Below, in pieces: positions 18,242 to 27,648 of a stretch of 60,448 nt of DNA; position 1 is the first letter of the stretch; each line of letters begins with the position of its first letter. The position numbers and the translations under genes are program-made. The notes below the pieces were generated by a model. It did not search any database. It had not been told where the DNA came from and saw only the letters and a program-made list of their open reading frames with translations. Origin of the DNA: an archaeon ADurb.Bin336 (lineage in GTDB: Archaea > Iainarchaeota > Iainarchaeia > Iainarchaeales > JAAZKV01); assembly GCA_002068885.1 (NCBI GenBank), contig MWBC01000001.1, forward strand, positions 1 through 60,448. Reading direction: 5' to 3'.

Positions 18242-18348
18242 TATTAGATTTAGTATTTAGGTAATAAAAAGGTTTAGTTTTTTATGAGTTTTTTAAAAAA
18301 TATAAAAAATTCTGTAGATTAATAAAGGAGTTTATTTATTATTAGAGC

Positions 18349-19365
18349 ATGCCTAGGGATGTTGAAAATCTTAGTTTAAATGTAGAGTTTTATACTTTAA
18401 TGAAACGCATTTTTAGTAGTGATTTTAATTTAATAAAGATTAAGGATCCTTTATTAGATTGTTTTAGAAAGAATTCAAATAAATCTTTAATCGAAAATAA
18501 AGATTTGTTTTTACAATGTTTAGAATCTAATTTGTCTAATTCAAAAAAAGCTGAAAAAATTGAGGAATATACTCGATTAGCAAATTTATGGGAAAGTAAA
18601 AACTCTATTGATTTATTTAGACTTGCTTTGTTGCTTAATAGTGTTAAAATTGGGATATCTGAAAAAGTAAAAAATACTTTGTCAAAAAAAAGTTATTTTG
18701 GAGATAAATTATCTCTTGTTTATGATAGTCAATCTTGTAATTCAGCGTATGAAGCAAGGATATTAACATCAATTTTATCAAAAACGATTTTGTTAAATTT
18801 ACAAAATCAAAAACTTCCAAATTATATTAAAATTGATAATAATAGAAAAAAAGAATTATTTCAGTTAGTTAAAAAATATTCAAAAAAAGTAGATATATTT
18901 TCTTGTTTTTTACCAATAATGATTGAGAGTGTTAATCAATCAATAATAAGTAATGCAGGGGGAATTTATGAGGATAGGGTGTTAGAAAAACTAATTAGTA
19001 TAGGGATACCTAAATCAGATATTGTTCAGTACAAACATTCTGAAGTAGGGAGTATTGAGCATGATTTTATTTTTAAATATAAAAATAAGAAGTGGGGTAT
19101 TTCATCAAAACGAACATTAAGAGAAAGATATAAACAATATGTAAATTTATTAGAAAATAATGAAACAGATTTTATGTTTGCTATAACTCTTGGTACTGAT
19201 TTAACTCCTTCAAAGGCAAAAACAATAGTTTCTTTTGGAGTAAAAATTTTTGTTGCTCCCGAGATTTATAAAAATAATAAAGATTTGCAAAAAATAAAGG
19301 GTTTGTATTCAACAACCCAATTAACTAAAAAAACTCTTGATAAATTAATTAAAGAATTAATCTAA
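18349..19365 (+). CDS. Putative type II restriction endonuclease (partner of the adjacent C5-MTase)
   Basis: Convergent with the methyltransferase, with 3' ends overlapping by 9 nt. Candidate PD-(D/E)xK-like core EHDFIFKYKNKKWGISSKRTLRERYKQ. The family is not identified. Confidence 0.55.
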   Translation: MPRDVENLSLNVEFYTLMKRIFSSDFNLIKIKDPLLDCFRKNSNKSLIENKDLFLQCLESNLSNSKKAEKIEEYTRLANLWESKNSIDLFRLALLLNSVKIGISEKVKNTLSKKSYFGDKLSLVYDSQSCNSAYEARILTSILSKTILLNLQNQKLPNYIKIDNNRKKELFQLVKKYSKKVDIFSCFLPIMIESVNQSIISNAGGIYEDRVLEKLISIGIPKSDIVQYKHSEVGSIEHDFIFKYKNKKWGISSKRTLRERYKQYVNLLENNETDFMFAITLGTDLTPSKAKTIVSFGVKIFVAPEIYKNNKDLQKIKGLYSTTQLTKKTLDKLIKELI

Positions 19366-20355
19366 ACTTTTCTTTATTTCTTCAGCTATTGCTTTTGCAA
19401 GTAATACTGGAACAGCATTACCAATTTGAGTATAAACATCCCTTTTTGAACCAAAAAATTTGAAATTTTGAGGAAATGTTTGAATTGCAGCAGCTTCTTT
19501 GGGAGTAAGCATTCTAATTTCTTTGTCAGAGTATTTTACAAGTGCGTCAGAACCATCTTTCCAATATCTTGCTGAAATAGTATAACAAGGGGTTTTTGGA
19601 TCTATTATTTGCCACCCAAAACCTCGGCCCTTTTTTTTATTTTGTTCTCTTCTTTTTATAAAACCATTAATCATTTTTTCTGACAAAAAAAAATTTTTAG
19701 GAACTTTGTTTTTCGGAAGTAAAATGGTTTCTGCCCCAACCCATTTTTTTATTTGCTTTCCTTCAATTGTTTTATAAGCCTCTTTATCATGAGTTGGCTT
19801 GGGGTAATTAATATCTTTATTTGTATTTGTTCCAATAAATATAACTCTTTTTCTTTTTTGTGGAACTCCATAATCAGCTGCGTGTAATTTTTTGTATTTA
19901 AATTTATAACCAATTCTTTCATATTCTTTGCATATTAAATCAATAACTTTTTCCCCTTTTGCAGTTTTCATTGTTAATATTCCAGGGACATTTTCCATTA
20001 CAAAAAATGTTGGTTTAAGGCCATCAACAAATCTAATAAAATCCATAAACAAGGAATTTCTTGGGTCTTTAGGGTCCCTCATTCCAGCCATGCTGAACCC
20101 TTGACATGGTGGGCCTCCTATTAATACATCTACTTTTTTTCCATTTATTTTACATTCTTTTTTGAATTGTTCAACAGTAATGTTTCTTATATCTTCAGTA
20201 AAAATTTTTACATTAGGATTGTTTAGTTTATATGTTTCTGAATATGTGGGCACTATTTCATTAGCAGCAATAGTTTCAAAACCGGCCATTTTGAATCCTT
20301 CAGTAAGTCCCCCTGCTCCTGCAAATAAATCAACAGTAGTAAATTTTTTTCCCAT
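19357..20355 (-). CDS. DNA (cytosine-5)-methyltransferase
   Basis: Motif I DLFAGAGGLTEGF, IV GGPPCQGFS, VI FFVMENVPGIL, VIII QKRKRVIFIG, X GNAVPVLLAKAIA. Start set at MGKKFTTVDLF (20355); the track ORF extends to 20415. Confidence 0.92.
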   Translation of the reverse strand: MGKKFTTVDLFAGAGGLTEGFKMAGFETIAANEIVPTYSETYKLNNPNVKIFTEDIRNITVEQFKKECKINGKKVDVLIGGPPCQGFSMAGMRDPKDPRNSLFMDFIRFVDGLKPTFFVMENVPGILTMKTAKGEKVIDLICKEYERIGYKFKYKKLHAADYGVPQKRKRVIFIGTNTNKDINYPKPTHDKEAYKTIEGKQIKKWVGAETILLPKNKVPKNFFLSEKMINGFIKRREQNKKKGRGFGWQIIDPKTPCYTISARYWKDGSDALVKYSDKEIRMLTPKEAAAIQTFPQNFKFFGSKRDVYTQIGNAVPVLLAKAIAEEIKKSLD

Positions 20356-20733
20356 AGTATCTATATTAAGTTGGGTTGATTTTGTTTTTAAAAAGTATCG
20401 GGAGTAATTTACCATAGTGAATATATAATTAATTTTTCTATTAATTTATTTTTTTTTAAATAAAATCTTCATTTAAATAAATTTTATTATTTTTTGGATT
20501 TGAGGTCTATTTTTAATTTTTTCAAAAAAAGTGTTTTTTTCTCTTAAATTCAGTTTTTATCCAAAAAACACACTCTTATACATAATCTTTTTTTGGGGGG
20601 TTTTCTTCTTTTTGGATAAAAGGGTGTTCATTTTCTCTTCCACATAACGTTTTTTGGTTTATTTTTCCTCATACAAACCTTTATAAAGCAGTTAGACTTT
20701 CTATTTGTTAAATTAAGTTTTTTGGGTGTGAAA

Positions 20734-21009
20734 ATGTATAAGTACACAATAGCAAGACAATTAGCTTCCAAGAGAGTAATCACTAATAGAGGGGACGAGG
20801 TTGGAAAATTAGTTGACATAATCGTTTCTGAAGTTGGTGGGGACGTAGAGTACTTGGTAGTTGAAGTGGACAGAAATTCTAGGCTTTTGAATAAGCTCGG
20901 CAAGGTGGAGAAGTTAGTTGAAATACCTTACTCATCAGTTACTGCTGTGAGTGATGTGTTCATCGTTGACGAGAGAGAAATCCTAGAAGAGGTTTCAGGT
21001 AAGAATTAA
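20734..21009 (+). CDS. PRC-barrel domain protein
   Basis: RVITNRGDEVGKLVDIIVSEVGGDVEYLVVEV..IPYSSVTAVSDVFIV. GGGTGTG SD precedes ATG 20734. Confidence 0.7.
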   Translation: MYKYTIARQLASKRVITNRGDEVGKLVDIIVSEVGGDVEYLVVEVDRNSRLLNKLGKVEKLVEIPYSSVTAVSDVFIVDEREILEEVSGKN

Positions 21010-21220
21010 ATTTGATTCAAAGAAGTTGAATGCTTTTCATTGAAATAAATGAAATAGCATTTGCTTATTTGTTGATTTAATTTAACTTGAAATAGATTCT
21101 ACATTATTTAATTTGTTTTGCCTTTTAATAAATTGGCTTTTTTAATATTTTTTGCTTGACCTCTATATAGTATTTTTGTTAGAGATTTAGTTTATTATTA
21201 TTTAGTTTGTTGTTTTGTAT

Positions 21221-22318
21221 TTAGTTTGATAAATTTAGAATTACTTTATTTTTTTTAAAATCAATTTCTTTTATTGTTGTAGGCATTATTGAATTTATTT
21301 TTTCTTTTATTTCTTCTTCACTTAATCCTTTTTCTTGTGCTTTTTTAATTGCATTAATTATTTCATTTATTTTAGTATAATTTTTATAAATATCTTCCCC
21401 TTTTTTTTGTAGTTCTTCTCCTTTAGCAAGAATTCCTTGTATTTGTGTTTCCCTCATTTTCAAATTTTTTAGATCTTTATCCTCTTTTTTCTTTGTTTTG
21501 TCCTCTGGTTGTTTTTCCTCCTCAATTTTTTCTAAGAGTAATTTGTTTAATGCACTATTCATTGAATCAAATTCTTCCCCCTCTTCACTCAATTTTATTG
21601 TGAATAAAAGATTGTTTATCAAATATGCTTTAGCCTTTTTTTGTGAGTAAATTTCTTGTAATTTATTTAGAATTAGGGTTGTTGTTTTTTCTTGGGTTTG
21701 GGTTGCATCTATTGTTTTGTTTAGGTTTTCTTTGTTAAAAACATATTCAAGTATTTGAGGGGAAACATTTAGAGTATCAATTATTGCTCCAAAAATAGTT
21801 TTTTTGTTTTGTTTAATTTTTTCAAAAAAATTTTCTTTAGTTTCAGATAGGGGGTTAATTCCTTTTGATGAAGGAAATTTGTAAATTTCTCCTTGTTCTA
21901 GTTTTCTATCCTTCCATTCTTCTTTTCTAAAAGCCCTCATTATTTTGTGATTTTTTTCACAGAGTATAATATTTCCTTTTGCAAACAATTCAACAATTAG
22001 GGTGTGGTTAGGAAATTCTAACAAAATTATTCTATCCAACTCGTGTTGGGTTAGATTAATTATTCTTTGGTTGTAAATAAATTTTTTTAAGAAAGCACTA
22101 AATCCCCCTGGGTTTTGTTTAGCAGGGAGAGATTTTTTTGAAACAAAAAAAGAGTTGGGGGTTAGGATTAATTGTTTGTCCCCAAATTCTTTTGTATGGA
22201 TTTTAATTTTTATCCAATTGTTTTGTAGTGTTTGAACATTGTTCACAAATCCATTTTCAAGGTATTTTAGTTCTTCCACTAATTGGTGCATGGCCAAGTT
22301 ACTTAATTGTAAATCCAT
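21221..22318 (-). CDS. NFACT-N domain protein (Rqc2/RqcH/FbpA-family homolog), short form
   Basis: N-terminus LVEELKYLENGFVNNVQ..IKIKIHTK..LILTPNSFFVSKK..AKQNPGGFSAFLKKFI..INLTQHELDRIILLEF..LIVELFAKGNIIL fits the NFACT-N pattern, followed by a coiled coil. No NFACT-R part is present. Confidence 0.55.
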   Translation of the reverse strand: MDLQLSNLAMHQLVEELKYLENGFVNNVQTLQNNWIKIKIHTKEFGDKQLILTPNSFFVSKKSLPAKQNPGGFSAFLKKFIYNQRIINLTQHELDRIILLEFPNHTLIVELFAKGNIILCEKNHKIMRAFRKEEWKDRKLEQGEIYKFPSSKGINPLSETKENFFEKIKQNKKTIFGAIIDTLNVSPQILEYVFNKENLNKTIDATQTQEKTTTLILNKLQEIYSQKKAKAYLINNLLFTIKLSEEGEEFDSMNSALNKLLLEKIEEEKQPEDKTKKKEDKDLKNLKMRETQIQGILAKGEELQKKGEDIYKNYTKINEIINAIKKAQEKGLSEEEIKEKINSIMPTTIKEIDFKKNKVILNLSN

Positions 22319-22416
22319 TTAGTGATTATTTGATTAAAAAGTGTTATAAATGATTTTTTTGTATTAGTTTCATTTTTTTGTTTTTTTTTAAAAAAAAAGA
22401 AATGGAAGTATTTCTT

Positions 22417-23634
22417 TTAGAAATACTTCATCATTATTGCAACTAACCCTGGTCTTTTAACAAGTTTTTTTGTGAATAAAATAGCTTTATCTGTTTTGCT
22501 TAGTGTTCCATTTCCAATTGCTAGTGCATCTTCCATTGTAATTGAATCTGCTAAGTAATTAAAATCATCATCAGTTAGTTGTTCGAGTAAGTGTCTTGAT
22601 TTTAATCTTCTTTTTAGTTCGTTTCCTCTTGTATCAAACCATTCTTTAGTGTATTTGCTTAGGGTTTTGTCCGTGTAATCATTTTCTTTTAGTGCTCTTA
22701 GTGCGTGTCTTGCAGCAAGTCTTCCTCCTTCCATAGCCACTCCTATTCCTCCTCCGTGAATAGGGTCAACCATGTGTCCTGCGTCCCCTGCTACTAATAA
22801 ATTATCAGCAGTCATTTTGTCAAGGAATCCTCCAACAGGGATTCCTCCTGCATTAACTTCAATTATTGAACCATTTTTTAGTCCAGGTTGTGATTGGATC
22901 CACCTATCTAAATAATTTTTTGCATTTAGGTTTGTTTGACTAGAAACATAAGCTCCTATTCCTATTCCCACATTTGCAGTTCCGTCTCTTTTTGGAAAAA
23001 TCCAAATATATCCTCTTGGAGCCACTTCAGTTCCAAAGTAAAGGTGTAAGCACTCCTCATCATACCCACTTATTCCTGTCATTTCATATTGGTAACCAGA
23101 ATCAGTGTCGTTGAGATTGTTTTTTGTATTAAGTCCAAGCATTCTTGCCACTAATGAATCAATTCCATCACAAGCAATAATTAATTTTCCTTTAAACTCT
23201 TTAACTTCATTATTAACCTCAACTTTGAGTTTAACTAAACCATTTTCTCGCTTAGCATCCACCACTTGGTGTTTTAAAAGAATTTTTGCTCCGTGTTTTA
23301 CTGCTTCAATTGCAAGGTCTTTTTCAAATATTTTTCTTTCAAGAACATAACCCAAAGTTTCTTTCTTCTTCATAGGCACATCTTTTCCGTTTGGCCCGTA
23401 AAGAACAGCTCCTTTTATTGCATGAACCGCCCACTCTGGCTTGGGTTTTATTTCCATGATGTCAAACCATCTATTACTCAAACCCTCTGCACATCTCTTT
23501 GGGCAACCAATTTCTTGTTTTCTATCCAAAATTAAAACATTAGCATTTTTCTTAGCTAATTCAATTCCTGCAGCAAGTCCACTAGGCCCAGCTCCAACAA
23601 CAATTACATCATAAAGTATTTCGTTCGCATCCAT
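22417..23634 (-). CDS. Geranylgeranyl reductase (digeranylgeranylglycerophospholipid reductase family)
   Basis: YDVIVVGAGPSGLAAGIELAKK FAD motif, RCAEGL, ACDGIDS, LLVAGDAGHMVDPIHGGGI. Confidence 0.9.
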   Translation of the reverse strand: MDANEILYDVIVVGAGPSGLAAGIELAKKNANVLILDRKQEIGCPKRCAEGLSNRWFDIMEIKPKPEWAVHAIKGAVLYGPNGKDVPMKKKETLGYVLERKIFEKDLAIEAVKHGAKILLKHQVVDAKRENGLVKLKVEVNNEVKEFKGKLIIACDGIDSLVARMLGLNTKNNLNDTDSGYQYEMTGISGYDEECLHLYFGTEVAPRGYIWIFPKRDGTANVGIGIGAYVSSQTNLNAKNYLDRWIQSQPGLKNGSIIEVNAGGIPVGGFLDKMTADNLLVAGDAGHMVDPIHGGGIGVAMEGGRLAARHALRALKENDYTDKTLSKYTKEWFDTRGNELKRRLKSRHLLEQLTDDDFNYLADSITMEDALAIGNGTLSKTDKAILFTKKLVKRPGLVAIMMKYF

Positions 23635-23642
23635 TCTATCAC

Positions 23643-23819
23643 CTACTTTTTATCAAGTTTCATTGCACTTACTGGACAGATATTAACACAAGCTCCACAA
23701 TTAATGCATTTTTCGTTAATGAATATTCTAGTATCTTTTAGGGTAATTGCACTTACTGGACAAACTCCTACGCATGCCCCACAATATAAACACTTGTTAG
23801 AATTATTCTTTGCACTCAT
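23643..23819 (-). CDS. 2x[4Fe-4S] ferredoxin (58 aa), immediately upstream of the geranylgeranyl reductase
   Basis: Hand translation: MSAKNNSNKCLYCGACVGVCPVSAITLKDTRIFINEKCINCGACVNICPVSAMKLDKK*. Two CxxCxxCxxxCP motifs. GAGGAAAGAGGA SD upstream. Below the track's 60-aa cutoff. Confidence 0.85.
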   Translation of the reverse strand: MSAKNNSNKCLYCGACVGVCPVSAITLKDTRIFINEKCINCGACVNICPVSAMKLDKK

Positions 23820-23924
23820 ATCATCAATCCTCTTTCCTCTTATTCAATTCCATTTGGTTTAGTTTAAAAACCTTTCTAAAAAATGTTGATTTAATGCTAA
23901 TTGGGGATTTATTTTTTAAAAAAC

Positions 23925-24647
23925 TTACTTTTTAGCTTCTTTTAGGGTTTTAATAAAATATTTTCCTCTTTTTACAAAACCCTCTCCTTTTGCAACATTG
24001 TTGTAAAGTTTACTCATTCTATTTTGGTGTAATGCAATAAATTCTTTCTTTCTTCTCTTATATTCTTCTCTTTCTGCCTTAGTTGATTCGCCCAAAGCAA
24101 TTTTCATGTGAAGTTCTCTTGTTTTTTTGTCATAAAGTGCTTGAAGGTGCGGGTTAGAGTAGGAGGGGTGTGCGGTGGGGTCAATTAGTAATACTTTTTC
24201 AAAACCCATTTTTTTTGCGTGGTTAGTTATTTCTCTCACTAAGTGTCTTGAAGCAGGGAGGTTAACTGCTCTTTCAAATTCTCTTATTTCTTTTAGCCAA
24301 GGAGTTCCTTGTAGAGTTTCAATAATCACTTTTCCTTTTGAAAATTTTAGGTTGGCTGAATAAATAGGGGTTTGTCTTCCATTAATATTTGTTGAAACGG
24401 AAACAGAAATAGGGTTTTTGGAGTAATTTGTGGTTAATGAAATCAAAAAAGTGTTTGCTTCAGCTTTGTACAAAGAAAACCTAAATTTTTTTAAAAAAAT
24501 TAATCCGCTTTTATATTTGTTAGCTTGTTTTTCTTGTTTGGCGTGTTCAAGAAAATGTCTTAAAAATAATTCAGCTTGATTTCCGACTTTTTTTTTAACA
24601 CTTTTTTTTCTTCCTCCAAATTTTTTATAAACTCTCTTAAATCTCAT
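23925..24647 (-). CDS. Hypothetical protein with basic N-terminus (240 aa)
   Basis: ORF only. Co-directional with and 27 nt downstream of the next gene. Confidence 0.45.
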   Translation of the reverse strand: MRFKRVYKKFGGRKKSVKKKVGNQAELFLRHFLEHAKQEKQANKYKSGLIFLKKFRFSLYKAEANTFLISLTTNYSKNPISVSVSTNINGRQTPIYSANLKFSKGKVIIETLQGTPWLKEIREFERAVNLPASRHLVREITNHAKKMGFEKVLLIDPTAHPSYSNPHLQALYDKKTRELHMKIALGESTKAEREEYKRRKKEFIALHQNRMSKLYNNVAKGEGFVKRGKYFIKTLKEAKK

Positions 24648-24674
24648 TCAAACTCACTATTAGATAATTTTTTT

Positions 24675-25280
24675 TTATTCCAAAAATTGTTCATATTTTT
24701 CTGAATTAAACCTGTACAAAAATCGCTTAATTTTTTGTTCTTTGAAAGAGTAATTCCTCAACACTTCTTGTTTTTTTCCAATAAAAGTTTCAAATGGCTT
24801 TTTTTGAGCAGGGTCAAGGAGAATAAAATCCTCTTTAAATTCAGTTATTACAAACGCGTGTGTCTTTAAGTCATCTAGCTCTGCAATAATTACTTCTGCA
24901 CGAGAATCCCCCAGTCCCTTCATTAAAGCACACAAAAAAATAGCTATGTCTTCATCATCAGCCACTTTTGCTTCAATAATTTCTTTTGGAGAAAACCAAT
25001 AATTTACATTCAAATCAGCGTCCACAAAATTAATTTCTTTTTGAACATATTCAAAAACTTTTTTTAACACACTCAAATAATCTTCTTGGAAAGAATAAGA
25101 AGGATCTTTAAAATCATTAATAATTGATTGAATACTCAAATCAGTTCCATCCACCAACTCTTTTATTTCTCTAATAGTTCTACGCTCATGTTCATTAATT
25201 ATGTCCGCGTATTTGCCTAGCAAGTACCTGCACAACTTAACTTCTTTTTCAAGTTCATCCATACATAAATTGAGTATCAA
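24675..25280 (-). CDS. Transglutaminase-like (papain-fold) putative cysteine protease domain protein
   Basis: C..H..D arrangement: DIAIFLCALMKGLG .. THAFVITEF .. FILLDP. The start may be MDELEK (25262). Confidence 0.5.
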   Translation of the reverse strand: MILNLCMDELEKEVKLCRYLLGKYADIINEHERRTIREIKELVDGTDLSIQSIINDFKDPSYSFQEDYLSVLKKVFEYVQKEINFVDADLNVNYWFSPKEIIEAKVADDEDIAIFLCALMKGLGDSRAEVIIAELDDLKTHAFVITEFKEDFILLDPAQKKPFETFIGKKQEVLRNYSFKEQKIKRFLYRFNSEKYEQFLE

Positions 25281-25369
25281 AGGTTTAAAAAAAAGCTTTT
25301 TTTAATAAAAAATAGGAATTAAGGGAATTTGAAAGTTTCATTCACAAAAGTAATTTCAAATTATTAAAT

Positions 25370-26692
25370 TCAACTAATTTCTTCTTCCAAAATAATTGTT
25401 TGTTTTAAACTATTTTGAGCAAAGTTTTTTGCAGATTCTATTTCATCAGAAATAATTTTTTGTGTATTTTGTTTTTGTTTTTCAAAATCCTCTAATTTTT
25501 TTTCCATTTCTTTTAATTCCCTTTTTTCCTCACCCAATTCATTATTCTCTTCTTCAATTTCTTTTTTAATTGGGTTAGTAGAAATTGATTTATTTAACTC
25601 AATTTGTTTTTTTTGGAGTTCATTCATTTTCCAAAAAACAGTTCCAAAAAAATCGTATTTAATTATTTCTTCAATGGCCTCAAGTCTTTTTTCTTTTTCT
25701 TTTTCCTTCAAATCAATTTCTCCTTCTTGCACGGATTCTTTTACATCTTTTAACACTTTTTTGAACAACTCTGCTTTAGGGTCTTTTTTTAGTGCAAGTA
25801 AAGGATTAGTGATAAACAAATCAATAATTTCTTTCTCTTCTTTCACAATTTTTTTTCGCCCAGTTTCAACTAATTGTTTGTATCTTTGAAGGGGGTGATC
25901 AATGTTTAGTAAAAGAGCACTTATTTGAAGTTTTAAATCTTGTTTCTCGTTAGCAAGTTTTGTTAATTCTTCTTCCGCGTGAGTTATTTCTAAATATTTT
26001 GGTTCTTTTTTCTTTGCCTCAATTTTTTCTTTGTGTTCTTCTAATCCTTCTTTTTTATTTACAATTTTTTCTTCTAGTGTTTTAATTTCTTTTTGAATAT
26101 GTTTCAACTCTTTTCTTCTTTTTAGGGCAGAGCCAATATTTTCTTTAAATTTTTCAAATTCAAAAATTTCTTTATTGTAATCAAATTTTTGATTCATTTC
26201 GTGCAAATCATTTAGTATGTTTTGCAAAAAGTCACCAAGTTCTTTCATTTCCTCTTGGTGATAAAAACTAGTGTAGGCAATGTTTTTTCTAAAAGAAGTT
26301 ATTTCATTAACTAGCAAAGCCTCACTTTTTTTGCTGTACTCTCTATAAGAATTAAGATCGTGTTTAACTTCATTCGGATTAATTTTTTCAAGCATTCGTT
26401 TGAGTTGAATTAATAATTGTTTTTTTGAAGTTTGGACAGCGTGATTCAACCTCACATTAGTTTTTTTTTCAAGAGGAGTTTCACTCAATTTTTCTATTAA
26501 AAAATTGGTTTTTGAGTGAGAGTATTTTATTTGAGTAATTTTTTTCGCAACCTCTTTTTCTAATGCATCTTTTTTTAAGATAAAACTTTTTTCAATCAAA
26601 TTAGGCAAAGTTCCTAAATCAGTTTTGATAACTTGATTTTTTGACTTACTTGGTTTTGAAAAAAAAGAAAATATTTTTTTGAATAAACTCAT
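25370..26692 (-). CDS. Coiled-coil hypothetical protein (440 aa)
   Basis: Long K/E-rich heptad-like sequence. No catalytic motif. Confidence 0.5.
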   Translation of the reverse strand: MSLFKKIFSFFSKPSKSKNQVIKTDLGTLPNLIEKSFILKKDALEKEVAKKITQIKYSHSKTNFLIEKLSETPLEKKTNVRLNHAVQTSKKQLLIQLKRMLEKINPNEVKHDLNSYREYSKKSEALLVNEITSFRKNIAYTSFYHQEEMKELGDFLQNILNDLHEMNQKFDYNKEIFEFEKFKENIGSALKRRKELKHIQKEIKTLEEKIVNKKEGLEEHKEKIEAKKKEPKYLEITHAEEELTKLANEKQDLKLQISALLLNIDHPLQRYKQLVETGRKKIVKEEKEIIDLFITNPLLALKKDPKAELFKKVLKDVKESVQEGEIDLKEKEKEKRLEAIEEIIKYDFFGTVFWKMNELQKKQIELNKSISTNPIKKEIEEENNELGEEKRELKEMEKKLEDFEKQKQNTQKIISDEIESAKNFAQNSLKQTIILEEEIS

Positions 26693-26789
26693 GAAGGATT
26701 AAATGATTTTTAGAATTAAAAACTTTGCTTAAAAGGGAAGGAGATTAATTTTTAGGGTTTTAAATTTTATTTTTGATGATTTAATTGAA

Positions 26790-27010
26790 GTAAGTGTAAT
26801 ATAAGTATTTTTTATTTAAATAATTTTAATACTTTTTTTGTTTGAATTAGTTTCATTTTTTTTGTTTGGATTATTTTGATGTTTTTTTGTTTAAATGATT
26901 TTTAATTTGTTTTTTTGTTTGGGATTTTGTTAATGTTTTTGTTTAATTGATTTTTAGTAATTAAAGTATTTTTAATTTGTTTTTTTGTTTAATTGATTTT
27001 TAATAATTTA
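26790..27010 (+). repeat. Degenerate tandem repeats (unit about TTTTTGTTTAATTGATTTTTAAT) in a C-depleted tract
   Basis: Read directly. I hand-counted 4 C in 26701-27029. Confidence 0.6.
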
Positions 27011-27028
27011 TTTTTTATTTAAAGGAAT

Positions 27029-27532
27029 TCATTTTTTTGGTTTAATATTAGTTATTGTATTCGTTTTGAAAGAAATTATTCCTGAATCTATTTCTACCCA
27101 AATCATTTCTTTTATTGCATTAGTAATGTTGCCTTCTCGTTTTACTCCATTTTTGTAAGTGATTATTACAGGGGTATTTGTAGTAATTCCTTTTAGTAAG
27201 GGGTGAATGTGTCCTAAACTTTTTTTAATAATTTTTCTTTTAGATTCTTGTTCGGCCTCTTTTACTTTTTGGATTTGGTATTTTTTTAATCGCTTTAACC
27301 TTTGCACTGCTTTAGGTGAAGCCATTACTCTAACTAGTCCTTTTATTCCTTTTTTTCTTTGCAAAAGGGCTGTGTCTAATTTTTTTCTTGCTTTGATTTC
27401 TTTTAGTTCTTCTTTTGGATTAAACATAGTAATTCCACTCTTACTAAGTTTAATTGTCCTTTTAGCAGAGGGCTTGGGTTTTGTAATTGCTAAGTAATTT
27501 GAATTAACTGTATTAACTTTTTTTCTAAACAT
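27029..27532 (-). CDS. Paralog P1 of a small basic protein family (helical core plus Sm/SH3-like C-terminal barrel, inferred)
   Basis: Shares RKKGIKGLVRVMASPKAVQRLKRLKKYQIQKVKEAEQ and the IHP motif with P2-P4. Start set at MFRKKVN (27532) by homology. Confidence 0.65.
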   Translation of the reverse strand: MFRKKVNTVNSNYLAITKPKPSAKRTIKLSKSGITMFNPKEELKEIKARKKLDTALLQRKKGIKGLVRVMASPKAVQRLKRLKKYQIQKVKEAEQESKRKIIKKSLGHIHPLLKGITTNTPVIITYKNGVKREGNITNAIKEMIWVEIDSGIISFKTNTITNIKPKK

Positions 27533-27571
27533 CGCCACAAAAAACACTTATTAATAAAATGTCAAAAACGA

Positions 27572-27585
27572 TTTTTATTAGTTTG
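27572..27585 (-). promoter_or_regulatory. Conserved upstream box CAAACTAATAAAAA (BRE/TATA-like) of P1
   Basis: The same 14-mer is found upstream of all four paralogs, 23-53 nt from the ATG. Confidence 0.4.
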
Positions 27586-27648
27586 TTTTTGGCAGGGTGG
27601 CAAAACACTTAAAGTATCTTTAAAACAATTCTCTCTAATTTCTTTTGT

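Noticed and set aside
20628-20903. 91-aa minus-strand ORF overlapping the PRC-barrel gene
   Set aside because: It is antisense to a gene with a clear domain match and SD, and it extends into promoter DNA.
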